From: Coleofasciculus chthonoplastes F2-STO-03
Lineage (GTDB): Bacteria; Cyanobacteriota; Cyanobacteriia; Cyanobacteriales; Coleofasciculaceae
Assembly (NCBI GenBank): GCA_040222015.1
Contig: JAVJWO010000169.1
Span: forward strand, 1-18,503
Length of the DNA: 18,503 nucleotides
Direction of reading: 5' to 3'
The notes below the pieces were generated by a model that was not told the DNA's origin, did not search any database, and worked only from the letters and a program-made list of their open reading frames with translations. The translations under genes and the position numbers were made by a program. This document shows positions 7,586 through 16,167 of the stretch, one piece after another (within the stretch, counting starts at the first letter, position 1; each line of letters opens with the position of its first letter).

Positions 7586-8449
7586 CTAGTTGACAATAAT
7601 AAAAAATAAAGATCCGCCAATTTCTTGAGGAATCCCAGCTTGAAGTTGTTCTGAGGTATAGTGCATCGCCTCAACTAATGAACTCAACTCAATTTTGTCT
7701 TCCCGTTGCAAACGATAGAGGGCTTGATCTAAGTCATCCCTAGATAAGGGAGGTTGTAATTTCTGACGCAGATGAAAAATGGGTAAATAATTGTCGGTTC
7801 CTAGTTTTTTATCTAACTGCTGAATCAGTTGTAAAATTTCTGTATCTGTTGGTTTCTGGGTCAGTACAGGTTCTGAACTCAACGAAGGTTGGGGTTGGGT
7901 GACAGTTACAGGCGGATTCACTTGACTCGGAAGTGATTTTCGCAAAAACAGCAGATAATTCCCCAGCAGTTCTAAACTAATCACTGGATTTGTGCCTTTT
8001 TTCGGGATATAATCCTCTCGTAGCTGATCGAGTCCGCGCTGAGTCATCCACACTTCAGCCTTTTGGCGTTTCAGTTGTTTTTCGACTTCAATGAATCCCC
8101 GTTCATGGAAGCGTTGTAAAATAGCATCGCGTTCGGCTGACTTCAACGACTTGATATCGATTTTGCTGGGTTTAACTTTTCCCGATGCTTTACCGATACT
8201 GTTGAGTACCCTAAGTTCACTGGGAGAGAGGGGAACTTGATCCGGTTCCACATTCAACAGAGCGCGACCGGGTGGTAAAATTTTAACCGATGCGATTTCA
8301 CGGGAGAAATCGAGCCAACCACGCGCTTCTAAATCGCGGACAAGTTTGTTTTTGCCTTTGATACTATTGAATGGTTTTGCCGACAGTGGAGAACGGTAGT
8401 CCGGACATCCTAGCAGTTTCAGGAGAAATTTTAGCTCCTTGGTTTCCAT
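7586..8449 (-). CDS. rcaD: RcaD-like multi-winged-helix DNA-binding protein
   Basis: The N-terminus METKELKFLLKLLG..DFSREIASVKILPPG resembles proteins I recall annotated as transcription factor RcaD. It is basic, with wHTH-like segments (LEARGWLDF, FHERGFIEV..WMTQRG, NYLPIFHLRQKLQPPLSRDDLDQALYRLQREDKIEL). The ATG at 8449 is preferred; 8467 is the alternative. Confidence 0.7.
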   Translation of the reverse strand: METKELKFLLKLLGCPDYRSPLSAKPFNSIKGKNKLVRDLEARGWLDFSREIASVKILPPGRALLNVEPDQVPLSPSELRVLNSIGKASGKVKPSKIDIKSLKSAERDAILQRFHERGFIEVEKQLKRQKAEVWMTQRGLDQLREDYIPKKGTNPVISLELLGNYLLFLRKSLPSQVNPPVTVTQPQPSLSSEPVLTQKPTDTEILQLIQQLDKKLGTDNYLPIFHLRQKLQPPLSRDDLDQALYRLQREDKIELSSLVEAMHYTSEQLQAGIPQEIGGSLFFIIVN

Positions 8450-8476
8450 GGAAATGCCTAACCTCATCTATCGTTA

Positions 8477-8506
8477 ATTCTACTTTAGCTTGAGGGGTGA
8501 TCGCAA
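8477..8506 (-). promoter_or_regulatory. Putative sigma70-type promoter for the three-gene unit
   Basis: The minus strand has TTGCGA (8501-8506), an 18-nt spacer and TAGAAT (8477-8482), about 28 nt upstream of the preferred ATG. Confidence 0.35.
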
Positions 8507-8605
8507 CGGCAAGGGTATCAATGTCTTCAATCGTGGCTATATATATGCCTTGGGATGCCCGTGTTCAGGATAGTCAGTTTTACCCATCCTAGCTTCCTAA
8601 ATTAG

Positions 8606-8657
8606 GTTTGTAGTCAGCACGAAGCGTGCTAACCGCGCTGAAGCGCTTACTACAAAC
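8606..8657. repeat. GTAG-type REP element with two internal hairpins
   Basis: GTTTGTAGT (8606-8614) and ACTACAAAC (8649-8657) form a perfect inverted pair enclosing AGCACG-AAG-CGTGCT and GCGCT-GA-AGCGC. Confidence 0.8.
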
Positions 8658-8708
8658 GCCTAAGTCAATGATATTCAGGAGACCAGAAAATGGGAAAGAG
8701 CAGTCTAC

Positions 8709-9626
8709 TCAGGGTTTTCTTAAACATTCTGTTCCTGGAATGTGACCAAATATTTGTTGAGAATACTCTAGTAACTCCTGATTATCAAATAACCTTCGGT
8801 AGGACGGATCATCAGCGAAGTACTTCCATCGGCTACAAACATCCATATTCATCGCTTTTCCGTGATATTCACGTCCTTCAAAGGAACTACCATCACCTCT
8901 ACGACTGACTGTATTGATGCCAGTATCCGAAAACTCTAGGTTGAGCTGAGACGCAATTTCTCGGCGATAATCTATGTCAGCAAACCACTGATTATAATTA
9001 ATACAAACTTTTTTGTTTTTCAATGAATTTGTTTCCCCTAAATATTCTTTGGCATAGTCAAGCCACACATCTATATCTGTTTTGTTTTTATCATTGACAC
9101 CTCTATAGTCTCTTTTGATTCGACTCGCCAGCAGATTAAATGGATCTCGCAAAATTAAAACATCATACTTGTATTGACTCTTGCCAAAATAAAGATCATG
9201 CTTGAACTCAAATAAAGGATTGGTGATTTGCGCCAGACTATAATCTTCGTAGCTATGGATTAAACAATCTTTTTTTTCAAAAAAACCTTTGGCTTCTTGT
9301 CGCCACCACTCAATGTCTTTGGTTTTGTCCTTTCGGAGTAAATCTTCGTATTTTTCCCGATAAGGATTTCTATTAACTCGGATATTGTTCAGGTGTCTAA
9401 CCTTTCCAGTTTCTTGCTTTTCTATCCAATGAATAATGGCATGATTGCCACTGCGTCTTAATCCCACAACCCGCATCTCTTTATGATTAATAACTTGCGA
9501 CAGAATATGCCGTTGTGAAATGGCTCGACCTACATCTTCAACGCTATGATAGAATTGACGATTGGCTTTTTGTAGTAATGTCGATGATTCTTGCACAAGC
9601 TGAAGGAAAATTGATTTTTGAGACAT
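8709..9626 (-). CDS. Sulfotransferase-like P-loop protein
   Basis: 5'-PSB-like RVVGLRRSGNHAI, 3'-PB-like LILRDPFNLLAS and INYNQWF..REIASQLNL; last gene of the EPS run. The start could be 9626 or 9665. Confidence 0.65.
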   Translation of the reverse strand: MSQKSIFLQLVQESSTLLQKANRQFYHSVEDVGRAISQRHILSQVINHKEMRVVGLRRSGNHAIIHWIEKQETGKVRHLNNIRVNRNPYREKYEDLLRKDKTKDIEWWRQEAKGFFEKKDCLIHSYEDYSLAQITNPLFEFKHDLYFGKSQYKYDVLILRDPFNLLASRIKRDYRGVNDKNKTDIDVWLDYAKEYLGETNSLKNKKVCINYNQWFADIDYRREIASQLNLEFSDTGINTVSRRGDGSSFEGREYHGKAMNMDVCSRWKYFADDPSYRRLFDNQELLEYSQQIFGHIPGTECLRKP

Positions 9627-9706
9627 GGTTATTACTATCAATCGTCTAGCGACACTTAAAATCATAGCCTAATGTTTTTTTTATCGCACAGTGCGCCCAA
9701 AAACGT

Positions 9707-10693
9707 TTAACCCGCTTCTCGCACCTGATCGGTATAATCTTTGGGACGCATTTGACGAAATAGTTGCAACGCCGCTTGCCGCAAACTTAGGGGTAAATAA
9801 GATAAAATGACTCCCAATTGGGCTTTCCGAGAACTGCCAATAATCTCCGCCACCTCTTGCAACATTATTCGTCCCTGAATTGTATCCCCATTTTCAATTA
9901 ACCGTAACCCCAACGCTTCTTTTGTCCATGCCAATTTTTGTATCCTTAGTTTCTCTAATTCCTGATCTGGAAATCGATAACTATCAATACAAAAAACCTT
10001 AGCCTTCAAAAAATGCAGATTCTGCCTTAAACTCGTCTGTCCCCCGTGAAACCGATACTCCATTAAATACTCTGGCAAAAAATACCCCTGCTTAAGCGCG
10101 ATCGCTAATCGTACCAGTAAATCAAAATCCTCACAACCATCGGCTTCTGGGCGCATATAGTCCACATCCTGCAAACAGGCGCGACGAAACAAGGTTGAAC
10201 CCACCTGCAAACTTTGATATTGAAACGTTTGCCGCATTAAATCAGGAATTATACCGGGCTTCAGCTTATCTTTTCCCCACTTCGCTGCATTCTCTTTCGT
10301 CGCTGACTCATCGCGATTGCCGTGTTTATTAATAACCCAGTGATTTGTACAGACAAAATCCACTGTTGGTTCCGCCTCTAATACTGCCACCGTTTTTTCT
10401 AGGAATTCTGGTGTCAGGGCATCATCGTCATCAAATTTGATAAAATAGTCTCCCTGTGCGGCATCAAATCCAGAACGCATATTTTTACTGCGCCCTATAT
10501 TATTTTCATGGCGAACATAGCGAATCCTGGAATCATCCCACTGACTGACAACTGTCGGTGTATCATCAGTTGAACCATCGTCGCAAATAATTAACTCAAA
10601 ATCTTTATAGGTTTGACTCAGAACACTATTAACCGAATTGACCAGATAGTTGGCACGGTTGTAAGTGGGAATACAAACACTAACATTAGACAT
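9707..10693 (-). CDS. Glycosyltransferase family 2
   Basis: VSVCIPTYNRA, ELIICDDGSTDDT, FIKFDDDD (DxD) and CEDFDL. Confidence 0.93.
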   Translation of the reverse strand: MSNVSVCIPTYNRANYLVNSVNSVLSQTYKDFELIICDDGSTDDTPTVVSQWDDSRIRYVRHENNIGRSKNMRSGFDAAQGDYFIKFDDDDALTPEFLEKTVAVLEAEPTVDFVCTNHWVINKHGNRDESATKENAAKWGKDKLKPGIIPDLMRQTFQYQSLQVGSTLFRRACLQDVDYMRPEADGCEDFDLLVRLAIALKQGYFLPEYLMEYRFHGGQTSLRQNLHFLKAKVFCIDSYRFPDQELEKLRIQKLAWTKEALGLRLIENGDTIQGRIMLQEVAEIIGSSRKAQLGVILSYLPLSLRQAALQLFRQMRPKDYTDQVREAG

Positions 10694-10706
10694 AATAGAT
10701 TCGGTA

Positions 10707-10736
10707 AGGGAATAGGGACTAGGCTACAGGGAATAG
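10707..10736. repeat. Degenerate heptamer STRR (AGGGAAT-like, about 4 units)
   Basis: AGGGAAT AGGGACT AGGCTAC AGGGAAT AG. Confidence 0.55.
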
Positions 10737-10825
10737 CTTGAGCAGAGGTATCTGAGTTTTGCCCGGTTACAAATCACTCTTTTATCCTTTGTAACATGGC
10801 TAACCTGATGCCAAACCATTTCTTG

Positions 10826-11818
10826 CTATTCATTTAAATAAATACTATTGAGGACATCAACAATTCTGCGCCGAAAAAAACTATCATTCTGTTTATACCA
10901 ATCACGAGCATTATCACCTAATCTTTTTTTTGTCATGTAATCCATTCCTAAAACGTCGTTTATCTTTTGTTCTAATGCCTGGGAATCAACGTAATAGTTG
11001 TTCCCCAAACACTGGGGATTTGTCAGACAATAATCCACTAAAATCCCTCTATCTGCTGTGATCAACTCATTCATCGGTGGTGCATTGGTCGTAATTACTA
11101 CTGAACGACAGCTCATCGCTTCGGCAATCAAATGACCAAAACCTTCTGCTTCTGAAGGACACAGGTGAATACCATGACTGTTCTGATATTCCCTTAATAC
11201 TGTATCATCCAGATAATGAGTAATATACTCAATATTAGTTGTACTCATTGAGTCAGGCTCTTGCCAATTCCGCCGGATAGTTAGGGGGGGCCACTCTGGA
11301 TGATGCCGCCATAGGTTGATAATTGTATTTGTGCCTTTCTGAGCGCTTTTACCTGCCAGATGGAAAAACTTATCACAATCTTTGCTGGATTGAGGGTTGA
11401 ATTGGTCAAGACTGGTAAAGCCAATAAATTTAGTTTGGCAGCCTAATTTGTCAAAAATGGATTGGGCGAATTTAGTTTTACAAAGGATGTAGTCAAACTG
11501 ATTTAAAAAAGGACGCCACTCGTCTCGGAACCATTCCTGATTTGGGATTAAACAGTTGAGGCGAGCATAAGGAAACCAAGAGGGGATAACATACTCTAAA
11601 AACAGGTTAATATCATAGGGGGGATTTTTGTTGTTCAATTCGCTAGTAAACCGCTCGACATAGGTTGATAGACGCTGAATTTTATGGTTAAGTGTAGATT
11701 TGCCCACTTCAAAAACAGTAACTTTGAAATTATAGTTTTGCAAGACTTCAGTGAGAATACGTGCGTCCCGACTTAAACCAAAGTCATTATCTACCATTAT
11801 TATATTGACACGCTTCAT
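10826..11818 (-). CDS. GT-B fold glycosyltransferase (GT4-like)
   Basis: LCPSEAEGFGHLIAEAMSC (EX7E motif), VITTNAPPMNE and LGDNARDW. The ATG at 11818 is preferred over the TTG at 11824. Confidence 0.85.
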   Translation of the reverse strand: MKRVNIIMVDNDFGLSRDARILTEVLQNYNFKVTVFEVGKSTLNHKIQRLSTYVERFTSELNNKNPPYDINLFLEYVIPSWFPYARLNCLIPNQEWFRDEWRPFLNQFDYILCKTKFAQSIFDKLGCQTKFIGFTSLDQFNPQSSKDCDKFFHLAGKSAQKGTNTIINLWRHHPEWPPLTIRRNWQEPDSMSTTNIEYITHYLDDTVLREYQNSHGIHLCPSEAEGFGHLIAEAMSCRSVVITTNAPPMNELITADRGILVDYCLTNPQCLGNNYYVDSQALEQKINDVLGMDYMTKKRLGDNARDWYKQNDSFFRRRIVDVLNSIYLNE

Positions 11819-11893
11819 AGTCAATTCAGTAAGTTAAATAATCGATTGATATAGATTAGAATCGCTTTTAAAATAAAGGATAAAAATTAACTT

Positions 11894-12076
11894 TTATGCT
11901 TTTGAACATTTGATTAAGCTTGTTTTTTGTTCTTTTAACCAGTTTGGAGAGGTCAGTATTTTGGGTTTTTGCTGAAGATCTTGCCGAAAACGGTACTCTA
12001 AAAATATATCCTGATACGGAATTCTTACATTTTTACCTTGACTCAGACGCGCAAAATATTGATAAGAATAGTTCAT
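11894..12076 (-). pseudogene. Stranded 3' fragment paralogous to the C-terminus of 14999..16012
   Basis: MNYSYQYFARLSQGKNVRIPYQDIFLEYRFRQDLQQKPKILTSP aligns without gaps to MNYSSKDFAKLCKGEDVDIRYKDIFLYYRFMKQPDQKPKQIKSP (24/44 identical). Homology stops immediately upstream of the Met. Confidence 0.85.
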
Positions 12077-12240
12077 AATCCCTGAACTATAGTCGCATAA
12101 TAATTAACTAAAACATTCCAATTCGGTGTAATCAATTGATTTATCCGGGGCATTTGTTTTCAATGTCACTGAACAACAGCTCATAGCTTCGCCGAGCCAA
12201 TGCCGAACAGTTTATCTACAGAACAATTTTAAAATATATT

Positions 12241-13470
12241 CTAGCCCAAAATTTTCGTAATTAGATCAAAGTTAGTGGCGGCTTCCTCTTTTATTTGAGG
12301 CAACACTTTGGTGAGCTGGTTAGCTACTTCTGTTCGTCTACTCCAAGCTTGACGGAGCGTCGTGCAGGCAACATCAGGATCTAAAAACTGTTGGATAGGA
12401 ATAAGCAATCCGTTGTTCATTGACTCAGTTCCTAAAAGTCTTGTCATAATCCCTCTAGCCTTGACTGAATAACCAACCACAAGAGTACAAACGCCGCTGG
12501 AGAGTCCTGCCATAGCAGCATGCATACGTTCAGAAATGACTAGGTTACAAGCACCGATCAAGCCTTTAAATTCTGACGCTGTGTGATCTGCGCTCGCTAA
12601 TCGAACACGCGGGTCGAAGTTAAGGTCTCTAAGTAAATTAGTTGCCAAGGTTAAATCATTATTCGTAGGTTTAAATTCTTGGACGTGTGGTATAATCAAC
12701 ACTTGAGCATCAAGTTCATTGAGGATTGTCCTGATTACCTCACACCAACTCTTCAAATGCTCTTTTGCATTGCAGCGAGCATAGCGGCAGATCCCCTGGC
12801 TAGGAGAAATCGCCACAATTGGTTGATCTGACGTAATGCCGTAGAAATTTAGAATTCTAGCTACCTCTTCAGATGATGGAGGTTGAAGGAGAAATGCTGG
12901 ATCGGCAGTCTGTTTCACTAAGTCTGATGAAATACCAAGCTGTCTAGTTACGTAGTCGTAAGAAAGAGGTTCTCTAACAGTAATAAGCTGTGAACGCCGA
13001 GCTATCTGTACCCATGCTTTTGCTTGTTGGTCAGTTTTGAACGGACCAATGGATTGAGCCAAAAACACAACTGGTGTATTAGCTTTAAATGCCACTTCCA
13101 ATGGTGGCGTTTGGTAATGGAATCCACCATAATCGGAGCTAAAAAGATCGCCCCCAGAAGCAATCACAACAGAGGCATCGAGAATTAGTTGTTTAACAGT
13201 CTGATATTTGGGTAAAAGCTTTGGATAAAGTTGCGATAGCTGAGCTTGCAACTTGCGTAGGCGCGTTCGATAACCAGTCATCAGGTCATTTGTATCCACC
13301 AAGTTGATGTTGTAATTTTGCAATCGATTTTGATCGTAGGCGGGTGTTTCAGTCAGAATTTTGATTGAAAGGTCAGGCTGGCGATGGCATAGCTGTTCAA
13401 TTGTTGGCACAACAATTGCTTCAACTCCTCGATTACTCAGCCCGGTTATACCTGTGATAATTGCTTCCAT
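12241..13470 (-). CDS. Polysaccharide pyruvyltransferase family (WcaK-like)
   Basis: NRGVEAI, SGGDLFSSDY, AQSIGPF, ITVREPLS, TADPAFLL, ERMHAAMAGL and GYSVKA. Confidence 0.92.
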   Translation of the reverse strand: MEAIITGITGLSNRGVEAIVVPTIEQLCHRQPDLSIKILTETPAYDQNRLQNYNINLVDTNDLMTGYRTRLRKLQAQLSQLYPKLLPKYQTVKQLILDASVVIASGGDLFSSDYGGFHYQTPPLEVAFKANTPVVFLAQSIGPFKTDQQAKAWVQIARRSQLITVREPLSYDYVTRQLGISSDLVKQTADPAFLLQPPSSEEVARILNFYGITSDQPIVAISPSQGICRYARCNAKEHLKSWCEVIRTILNELDAQVLIIPHVQEFKPTNNDLTLATNLLRDLNFDPRVRLASADHTASEFKGLIGACNLVISERMHAAMAGLSSGVCTLVVGYSVKARGIMTRLLGTESMNNGLLIPIQQFLDPDVACTTLRQAWSRRTEVANQLTKVLPQIKEEAATNFDLITKILG

Positions 13471-13518
13471 TTATTTCAATGCGATAAATGTATTATTCGA
13501 TAGTTTAGTTGCTTGGTT

Positions 13519-14970
13519 TCATCTACCCAGCATCTGTTTTACCAATTGCTTTAAACGCTGTGCTATTTGCATCCATCTGGATGGTTTGTACAACATTCGA
13601 TATTGCTTAATTAGTGGTTCCATTTTCTTAATAAATAAATGAAAATCACCTACATCAACCGCCTGTTTGAAGGCAATATGACTTTGTTTAGCTAACACGA
13701 CACGCATTACCTGTTGTTTATTGAACAAGGGTTTGAACAAATTTACTCTAGCTTGAATTCGCTTTGGAGGATGCCATTCACCTTGATGAGCCGTTAAATG
13801 TAAACGATAAGCTAACCCCTCACGTCGATGACGGAATCCCGATTCCTGGGAACGAACCACTTCGTCAGCATCGATTTGATCGAGTTTTAACTTGCCCATC
13901 GCTATACCTTGTTCCAATAACTCACGGATTTTGGAGTGGCGGACAATTACTACGTTTGTACCTTGGCTGTCCTGGATATATTGAGGCAGCCAAGCATCAC
14001 CAACACTAACATCTGCGGCTTCAGCAACTACATCATCACAATAGTCACAGGCTTTGTACTTGAAAAATCCTAACCCCCAGTCTTTACCGTAAAGTTTATC
14101 AACTGGACTAGTATCAGTAACCATTTGACCATCTCTTAGTCCTACTACCTCAATTCCATACTTATTAGCATTTCTACCGGGTATCTTTTTACGGAAGTCG
14201 AACTCTACAATGTTACCCGGTTCAATGCCACACTGCCATGCAAACATATCAGCAAACCGCCTGCTCTTGAGATGACCACAAACTAGCCCGACACAAAACT
14301 TGATCCGTTCCGCTAATATAGCATCCTGACGCATCAGGAGACGAACCGCTTTGAGAAAACAAGGTATCCCGACAATGACATAGCGTCCCGGTTGTTCTCG
14401 GACTTGCCGAATAACTTCAGACATTTCAATGGGATAGTAGCGAGACTTGGCCCCCTGCTTCACCTGTTCGATTGTCGTGGATATTTGGTAGTGGAATAGC
14501 CTAGAATCATCCTCACAAGGGTGACGAGGCTGAACGTGAATCACTCGATCAACTAAACCTTCCAGCATCAGGTTAGTCACAATCCAAGTACCCATTCCAC
14601 CTGAACTGCCGCGATCGCGAAAATTTCCCTCAGACACGAAACCTGCATAGGTAGCTTGATAATAGCCGATTTTGTTGTGGTATGGACAGTCTTTGCCAAA
14701 CAGTTCCTGACCTATCTGATCTTCGTTTTGTGCGCGACTTGAGAATGGGCATACAGCCTCCACTGAAAGCTCAAAGGACGACTGTTCAGCTAATGGATTA
14801 ATAGTAGCAGTGAACTTGCCGTACTCGTCCATCTGCATCTGGATTGGAGATTCGCTGACTGCAGCGCATGCACCGCAGCCTATGCAATAGCCGCCCTTGA
14901 CTACAGTCTTAAAGAGATTTCCTAGCTGTGAGTTTTCATTAAGGACAGTGATGTTTGCCGAGCTACTCAT
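13519..14970 (-). CDS. FrhB/FdhB-family (F420 hydrogenase beta-subunit-like) Fe-S flavoprotein
   Basis: N-terminal CIGCGAC..VCPF, SSGGMGT, KSRYYP, VGIPC, GLVCGH, ACDYCDD and DVSVGDAW. ATG at 14970. Confidence 0.9.
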   Translation of the reverse strand: MSSSANITVLNENSQLGNLFKTVVKGGYCIGCGACAAVSESPIQMQMDEYGKFTATINPLAEQSSFELSVEAVCPFSSRAQNEDQIGQELFGKDCPYHNKIGYYQATYAGFVSEGNFRDRGSSGGMGTWIVTNLMLEGLVDRVIHVQPRHPCEDDSRLFHYQISTTIEQVKQGAKSRYYPIEMSEVIRQVREQPGRYVIVGIPCFLKAVRLLMRQDAILAERIKFCVGLVCGHLKSRRFADMFAWQCGIEPGNIVEFDFRKKIPGRNANKYGIEVVGLRDGQMVTDTSPVDKLYGKDWGLGFFKYKACDYCDDVVAEAADVSVGDAWLPQYIQDSQGTNVVIVRHSKIRELLEQGIAMGKLKLDQIDADEVVRSQESGFRHRREGLAYRLHLTAHQGEWHPPKRIQARVNLFKPLFNKQQVMRVVLAKQSHIAFKQAVDVGDFHLFIKKMEPLIKQYRMLYKPSRWMQIAQRLKQLVKQMLGR

Positions 14971-14998
14971 AATCAATAATTAATAATAATACACCCAA

Positions 14999-16012
14999 TC
15001 AACTAACAGATATTTTCTTAACTTTTTGCACAAAATTTTGCAAATGTCGGTTAGTCTTTACGAATAAGCTGGGTGATTTTATTTGCTTAGGTTTCTGATC
15101 GGGTTGTTTCATGAAGCGATAATATAAAAATATATCTTTGTAACGAATATCAACATCTTCTCCTTTACATAACTTGGCGAAATCCTTAGACGAGTAGTTC
15201 ATGTAGTGAATGCGATGAATCGGTTTTAATCCCTGCTCGTTATAGAGAACCTGATCAATATTCACGAAGGGATCGGCATCCGCGCAGTTACCTGTGCGAT
15301 CTTGCCCGTTGGGGCTGAGCGTGAAGTTATATAACGGGCGATCGCACCGAAGCGTCATATAATTAAACAAAAATGCATCATCCCACCAACGAGATAGCCA
15401 AGCTATTTCTTCCCGTTCAATAAGCTGCTCTTTCAAAAGTGATAGTTCTCGTTCATCAAAAATTCCTTGCTTTGAACCAAAAAAGCTAGAACAATGCAGT
15501 TTGGGTCGGATCTGTTCTTCTTTATAAATGCCACTTCCTTCAATCAGAGGAATATCCAGTGCTGCCGAATCTATCGATTTCTTGTGTTCCCAATCATCAA
15601 ACACAAAGTCATAGGCGTCTAACTTTTCCAACACATCCTCCACCGACTTCATGGCTAGACTATCAGCATCGTAAAAGACAAACCTTTCAAACTGCCCATC
15701 AAAAGCCGCGAACCTTCTATAATGACCTTTGCCCCAGGGGGGGCGAGTAATCGCCTTCTTTTTGGCGGCTGGATAAGCTGCCCAAACCTGTGTGGCAAAG
15801 TCTTCCCAACGTTGAATCGATTCGCGATTATCAAACAGTGTGACATTGGCTCTGGAATCAACTTCCGGCTTTACTCGTTCGAGTCGTTCGTCATAGGGAA
15901 TCACACAAACTGGAATATCAGGACTAACATTCACCTCAATGCTGTTGAGTAAGGCAACGAGTTGGTCATAAACTGCATCATTAGCTAGGGTATAAATACC
16001 AAAGGATGACAT
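14999..16012 (-). CDS. Npun_R2821/Npun_R2822-like protein (GT-A-like, cyanobacterial EPS loci)
   Basis: N-terminus GIYTLANDAVYDQLVALLNSIE..CVIPYD, FVFYDADSL (DxD), GNCA..DPF and IHRIHYM. The family name is from recall. Confidence 0.7.
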   Translation of the reverse strand: MSSFGIYTLANDAVYDQLVALLNSIEVNVSPDIPVCVIPYDERLERVKPEVDSRANVTLFDNRESIQRWEDFATQVWAAYPAAKKKAITRPPWGKGHYRRFAAFDGQFERFVFYDADSLAMKSVEDVLEKLDAYDFVFDDWEHKKSIDSAALDIPLIEGSGIYKEEQIRPKLHCSSFFGSKQGIFDERELSLLKEQLIEREEIAWLSRWWDDAFLFNYMTLRCDRPLYNFTLSPNGQDRTGNCADADPFVNIDQVLYNEQGLKPIHRIHYMNYSSKDFAKLCKGEDVDIRYKDIFLYYRFMKQPDQKPKQIKSPSLFVKTNRHLQNFVQKVKKISVS

Positions 16013-16167
16013 AGAGAAAAGTCCTCACTGTAGCAGTTTTCCAATAGCTTAACCCATTTTTGGGAAGCGTGGTTGAAGTCGAATACGCTTGGAAGTAGTC
16101 CCGGCGGTGCTAGGAACCGAGTCTGAGTCGATACTGGTATAGTTGGACACTAATTCTTGATAAAAGT

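Noticed and set aside
5551..8449. BREX, Dnd or restriction-modification system
   Set aside because: No PglZ, PglX or DNA methylase, and no Dnd/Ssp genes. The nearby methyltransferase has small-molecule motifs and no NPPY/DPPY or PC motif.
13519..14970. True F420-reducing hydrogenase
   Set aside because: No hydrogenase large/small subunits or maturation genes; the context is polysaccharide synthesis.
16046..16056. GGGTTAAGCT on the minus strand as a SigF/SigJ-type promoter for the EPS genes
   Set aside because: It is only a loose match to a short motif and cannot be supported without TSS data.
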